In this document: piece by piece, positions 59,835-64,000 of the stretch
Layout of the letters: every line of letters begins with the position of its first letter
Position numbering within the stretch: position 1 is the stretch's first letter
DNA from: an uncultured Acidobacteriota bacterium
Lineage (GTDB): Bacteria > Acidobacteriota > Vicinamibacteria > Vicinamibacterales > SCN-69-37
Direction: 5' to 3'
Length of the DNA stretch: 64,000 bases
Assembly (NCBI GenBank): GCA_963738485.1
Contig: CAVTWK010000002.1
Span: 63,183-127,182 of the forward strand
Position numbers and translations under genes: made by a program
The notes under the pieces: generated by a model
Told to the model about the DNA's origin: nothing
Database searches by the model: none
What the model saw: only the letters and a program-made list of their open reading frames with translations

Positions 59835-61895
59835 TTACAGCGTCACTTTCACGGACGCGACGATGGCCCACGGCTTCACGCGGAACAGGGGCTTGAGCGA
59901 GCCGCGTGGCCAGAAGTACGAACACTGCACCGTGGACTCGATGCCGGCCGGTGTCTCGATGGTCCACTTGGTGGAGAGCTCATCGCCGGACCCGGCACCG
60001 CCCTGCCGCAACGTGTAGTGATGCCACTGCACCGTCGTCGACGTGTTGGCCATGTCGGACGTCGGAATGCGTAGGGCCCTCGCGACCAGCTCGAGCGGCG
60101 ACACCCGCTGGTCGGTGTAGCCGAGGGCGGAGTAGATCTTGTTGCCGAGACTGGGCTGCAGGGTGGCCATCCGAAGCTTCTTCGCGAAGCGTGAAAACAA
60201 GAGCGAATCAGGTGAAAACGCCGTCTGCTCACCGACGTACGCATGGTTTTCCCCAGTCGTGGCGTCGTCGTCGTGTGTGCGGCTCCCGATGCCCGCCTGG
60301 AGCGTGACGATCGCGTTCACTCGAGACTTCTTCGGGTCGCCGGCCCGCGTCGCAGGATTCCAGTCGTACCGGTCCACGAAAGACCACGACGCCGTCCCGA
60401 AGGCGAGGTGACCTGTGGCAGGGCGATAGCGGCCGTCGGAGAGGTCGCTGGCGCCGCTTCGGTACCAGGCCAGACTGGCCTGCCACGGCACGTTTCCAGC
60501 CGAGGCGAAGAATGCCTCACCGCCGATGGTGAAGTACGAGTGCGGGAAGACCGCGGGCTTGTCGTCGGCGGCGGCCCGATCCAGACGCTCACGCCCATAG
60601 AGCCAGACCGCGTTCGCGCTCCGGAAGATCCCGGATTTCGCGAAGGTCAGGTTGCTGGCCTCGGCGAGAAGCTGCCGGTTGTCCCGGTTGTCATGATTGG
60701 CGTCTCCTTCGGCACTCTCGCGCATGACCAGGTGCGAGACCGCGAGGTTTCGGAACGCGAGTCTGAAGCCCTCGCCCTTCGCACGCAGGGCCACGCCTGA
60801 CGTTGGACTCGCAAACGTGAACTTGCCGAAGCTGAGCGTCACGCCCGTCATCGCGTAGATGTTGATGCGGTACTTCGTCGCACTCAGGAGCCCCTTCTGG
60901 TCCTTCTCACCGAGACTGGCATCCTTGTAGCCGAGGCTGAGGTCTGCATCGGCCCGCGCACCGAGCGCCTGCTTCACCCGGAGTTCGCCGCTGCCTGTGA
61001 AGCGCCAATCGCGGCCGCCGCCATAGGGTGCTTCGGTCGTGAACGTCTGGCTGTCGCCGCCGGTATCGGGCTCGATCGCCCCGCCGACTGAGGCCACACC
61101 CGACCAGGTCGTGCCGCCGCCCGGCTCGCCGAGATACTCGAGCGGCACCACACTGAAGTAGCCCCTCGGCTGCGACGGCTCGGCGGTCTCGTCCACGAAC
61201 GCCACGCTGAACGGGATGGCCTCGTGGGTTGTCCCACTGGCCGCCCCTTCGGTCTGCTTGTCCGTCAGCCACTTGGTGAAGGCTTCGCGATCCACGAAGG
61301 CCTCGAGGGGGATGCGTGCCGTCGTCCGCTCGGAGATCTGGACCCTGGCCGGGCACTTCTTGTCCTTGCACGTCTCGCTGACATACGCGCCAGCATCTTG
61401 CGCGAGCTTCCTGGCCGCGTCGGTCTGTGGCACGGTGAAGCTCACCAGGAGGGCGTGCGTCGAGGTGCGGTTGTCGAAGATGACGATCAGCGCGGCCGCA
61501 CTCGCCTTGACGGTTTCCACGTCAACCGCCTGAAGGGCGAGGGATTTGCGATTGTGCGGGCCGTTCAGAGCGACGAGATTGCCGGCCGAGGCAGGTGGGG
61601 GCTGCACCCCGCCTTTCAGCGGGTGCAGCACGTTGGGTGGATTCCTGGGGTTGAGATAGTCCGCATCGAAGATGCCGACCTGGTTGAGTGGAATGGTGAT
61701 CGTTGAGTCCTTGGCCAGCCTGGGGATCCGGGTCGCCGGCACCCGCTCGCTGGGCTGCGTGGCGGCCCTGGCCTGTGGACTTTGGCCCCCAGTGCTCGCG
61801 TCGCGGCGTTGCGGAGTCTGGGCGAAGACGCCGAGTGGACTGGCGAGGAGTAGCAGCAGAAGCAGACGAGGCGGCCGGAATGGATGAGCGTTCAC
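59835..61895 (-). CDS. Exported protein with probable C-terminal outer-membrane beta-barrel
   Basis: AAGGAG RBS; signal peptide; alternating beta-strand pattern; ends WAIVASVKVTL. Confidence 0.65.
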   Translation of the reverse strand: MNAHPFRPPRLLLLLLLASPLGVFAQTPQRRDASTGGQSPQARAATQPSERVPATRIPRLAKDSTITIPLNQVGIFDADYLNPRNPPNVLHPLKGGVQPPPASAGNLVALNGPHNRKSLALQAVDVETVKASAAALIVIFDNRTSTHALLVSFTVPQTDAARKLAQDAGAYVSETCKDKKCPARVQISERTTARIPLEAFVDREAFTKWLTDKQTEGAASGTTHEAIPFSVAFVDETAEPSQPRGYFSVVPLEYLGEPGGGTTWSGVASVGGAIEPDTGGDSQTFTTEAPYGGGRDWRFTGSGELRVKQALGARADADLSLGYKDASLGEKDQKGLLSATKYRINIYAMTGVTLSFGKFTFASPTSGVALRAKGEGFRLAFRNLAVSHLVMRESAEGDANHDNRDNRQLLAEASNLTFAKSGIFRSANAVWLYGRERLDRAAADDKPAVFPHSYFTIGGEAFFASAGNVPWQASLAWYRSGASDLSDGRYRPATGHLAFGTASWSFVDRYDWNPATRAGDPKKSRVNAIVTLQAGIGSRTHDDDATTGENHAYVGEQTAFSPDSLLFSRFAKKLRMATLQPSLGNKIYSALGYTDQRVSPLELVARALRIPTSDMANTSTTVQWHHYTLRQGGAGSGDELSTKWTIETPAGIESTVQCSYFWPRGSLKPLFRVKPWAIVASVKVTL

Positions 61896-61991
61896 GGGTG
61901 GCTCCTTCGCAAGGCGTACAGGCAGTGCTTCAGACGGACCAGCACGCGAAGTTCCGGCGAGGCAGCCTTGCCGCTGAGTCTCACGCCCTCG

Positions 61992-62934
61992 TCACCGCCC
62001 CACGCCCGCCGGGTTGGTGATCCAGGCCGGCACACGCGGCGGCGTCGCGGAGTGGATCCGCTTGCCGAGCGCCGCGGCGCTCCGACTCAGCCACGATCCG
62101 CCAGGGCCGGTGAAGGTGTCAGGTCTCTCGTAGGCTGCGTCCTGCATCGCGTCGGCGAGGCTGATGAAGGTGTAGCCTCGCGCGCGCATCCGCCCGATGG
62201 TCTCGCGCACGGTCATCGCGTTCAGCTCGTTGCAGTGGATCAGCAGGATCTGGGCGATCTCGCGGCCGAACACCTCGAGCGACGCCTTCTCGGCATAGTC
62301 GAAGCCGACGTCCACCTGATCGATATAGGCCTTTCGGATGCGCTCGGCCATCTCGACGCGGCCCTGCCGCAGTTCGCGGGCGTAGGGGCCCGCGAACGCG
62401 TAGTCGGCGTAGTCCACGGTGACCGGCGCGACGCGATACTGGCGCGAGGCGAGGAATCGCGTGATTGCCTCGTGGGCCTCGGCCGTCGTGCCCGAATGGA
62501 GGTAGGGATACCGGAACCACACCAGCTTCTGTCCGCGCCGTTCCACGAGCGGACGCGTGATCACCTCGCCCTTGATGACCTCGTCGGCGAAGCGTTCGAA
62601 CGGGACCTCATTCGCGCTCGGATGCGAGTACCGAGTGATTGGCCAGCTCGAAGCCGGCATCCAGCCACTGGTCGAGTACGGCCGCACGGGCGTCGCGCTG
62701 GCCCGGCACGTTGAGCTGGGCCTCGTTGACGAAGATGGTGACCGGCACCTTCTCGACGCGGAACGATCCAATCAGCCCATTGGTGATGCGCTGAAAGTTG
62801 CCAAGATCCGCCATCTCGTTGACGACGGGGCCATCGTCGATCGTGATGGCGACGCGACGGGTCGGCTGCGGCGACTGGGCGGCGGCGGGCACGAACGCGA
62901 GCAGCGCGGCCAGGCACGCGGTGACCCTGAGCAT
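61992..62934 (-). CDS. Exported polysaccharide deacetylase (CE4); apparent +1 frameshift ~62631
   Basis: AAGGAG RBS; AITIDDGP; LANHS/YSHP split by one extra G; FRYPYL; ILLIH. Confidence 0.9.
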
Positions 62935-62976
62935 GAGCAGTCTCCTTGAAGGTGCGAGGCCGGTAGTCTATCCCCG

Positions 62977-63047
62977 GACGGGGTCAGACGGGGGTCAGAC
63001 GGGGGTCAGACGGGGGTCAGACGGGGGTCAGACGAGGGTCTGACCCC
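62977..63047. repeat. Tandem GACGGGGGTCA repeat (5 units) ending in a GGGGTCAGAC/GTCTGACCCC hairpin
   Basis: Units at 62977 (10 bp), 62987, 62998, 63009, 63020; hairpin 63024-63047; same core as 1132-1257. Confidence 0.9.
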
Positions 63048-63048
63048 G

Positions 63049-64000
63049 CTAGCCCTGACGCAGACTTTCAGCGACGGAGACGGTCAGAATCCGACGACCG
63101 GCGACAGCCGCGGCCAAAGCCGCGCACGCGACAACACCAACGAAGACCGCCATATAGCTCACGGGTTCGACCGCGCGCTGCCCGAACAGGTAAGCCTCGA
63201 TCGTGCGACCGAGCGCCAAGGCAGCGATGAGCCCGCCGACGGCGCCGAGCGCGACAGGTTCGAGACTGGTCCGGCAGACTCGCATCGCCACAGAAGCCAG
63301 CGTCGCGCCGAGTGCCATTCGTATGGCGAACTCGCGTCGGCGCATCTCCACGACGTACGCCACGAGCCCGAAGACGCTGACTGTCGCCAGCATCAGCGTA
63401 ACGAGGCCGAAGCCAGAGAAGATCCACGCGTTCATGCGCTCTCGTCCGAGGTCGGTCGATACCAGGTCTCGACCGCTCGTCACCCGTGCGGGGTTGTCCG
63501 GAAACGCTTCGCCCAACAACCGTGCGACAGCTGCCTTGACCGTCTCGGTACGGTCGGTCCTGATTACCAACGCGAGCTCGCCTCGGGTCTTCACCATCGA
63601 CGCCACACTCGTCTGACCCGTGTAGAACACGGCGGGCTGCGCACCCTCGCGCATGGTACCGAAAGCAACGTCCGCCACGCCTGTGACGGTCGTTGACAGT
63701 TCGCCGAAGGTCAGGCGCTGGCCGACAGGGGAGTCGTCACCCCAGACGACGCGAGCGAACGCCGGCGTGACGACCGCCTCGTCTCGTCCCGGCCACCGGC
63801 CGGCCGCGACCTGAGCGCCAAGCGCTTCGAGGTAGTTAGTTCCGACGAACATCCATCCGGCCGTCACGTGCAGCCGCGCCCCATCCGTCTCCATGATTCG
63901 AGGTCGGGCGAGATGGTCCTCGCGCTCCACACCCAGTGGGGCGGGGCCCAGCGCGACCGCCTGTACGCCGGGGATCGCCCCAATCCGGTCAACGACCTCA
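63049..64000 (-). CDS. ADOP/MacB-FtsX ABC transporter permease (5' part outside window)
   Basis: FGLVTLMLA..VFGLVAYVV..RRREFAIRMALGA; C-terminal ESLRQG. Confidence 0.88.
   Translation of the reverse strand, partial: EVVDRIGAIPGVQAVALGPAPLGVEREDHLARPRIMETDGARLHVTAGWMFVGTNYLEALGAQVAAGRWPGRDEAVVTPAFARVVWGDDSPVGQRLTFGELSTTVTGVADVAFGTMREGAQPAVFYTGQTSVASMVKTRGELALVIRTDRTETVKAAVARLLGEAFPDNPARVTSGRDLVSTDLGRERMNAWIFSGFGLVTLMLATVSVFGLVAYVVEMRRREFAIRMALGATLASVAMRVCRTSLEPVALGAVGGLIAALALGRTIEAYLFGQRAVEPVSYMAVFVGVVACAALAAAVAGRRILTVSVAESLRQG

Noticed and set aside
62977-63047. Possible CRISPR array
   Set aside because: Contiguous 11-bp units with no spacers and no cas genes in the window.

Overview
High-GC bacterial DNA. 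Gene content (ADOP-type ABC permease, Oar-like TonB receptor, kinase-TolB_N-TPR protein, PVC-type haem CxxCH protein, DUF1080) suggests Acidobacteriota, probably Vicinamibacterales; this is an inference. Most of the window is chromosomal: uup, a sugar ABC operon, a mycobacterial Sdh1-like succinate dehydrogenase, and carbohydrate-related exported enzymes. Main points: (1) A translationally coupled operon encodes a 99-aa protein, YcaO and an extended TfuA, i.e. a thioamide-installing system with a candidate substrate and no protease or exporter. It converges on a tandem-NIPSNAP / kinase-ATPase-TPR / SDR gene set. (2) A ~9.8-kb element is integrated in tRNA-Arg(TCT); its far end is a complete attP-like junction, implying tandem integration. 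It carries two AbiE-type modules, an excisionase-like HTH and a tyrosine integrase. (3) Several palindromic repeat families occur, including a ~210-230-nt multibranched element with compensatory base changes on both sides of the sugar ABC operon. (4) A MerR / VWA5A-like VIT-vWA operon has a visible operator. (5) A tandem lycopene-cyclase-like membrane protein is coupled to a beta-barrel protein. Ten apparent frameshifts in seven genes are each repaired by removing one base, which points to long-read insertion errors rather than real pseudogenes. All family calls come from motif recognition by eye; no database search was run.
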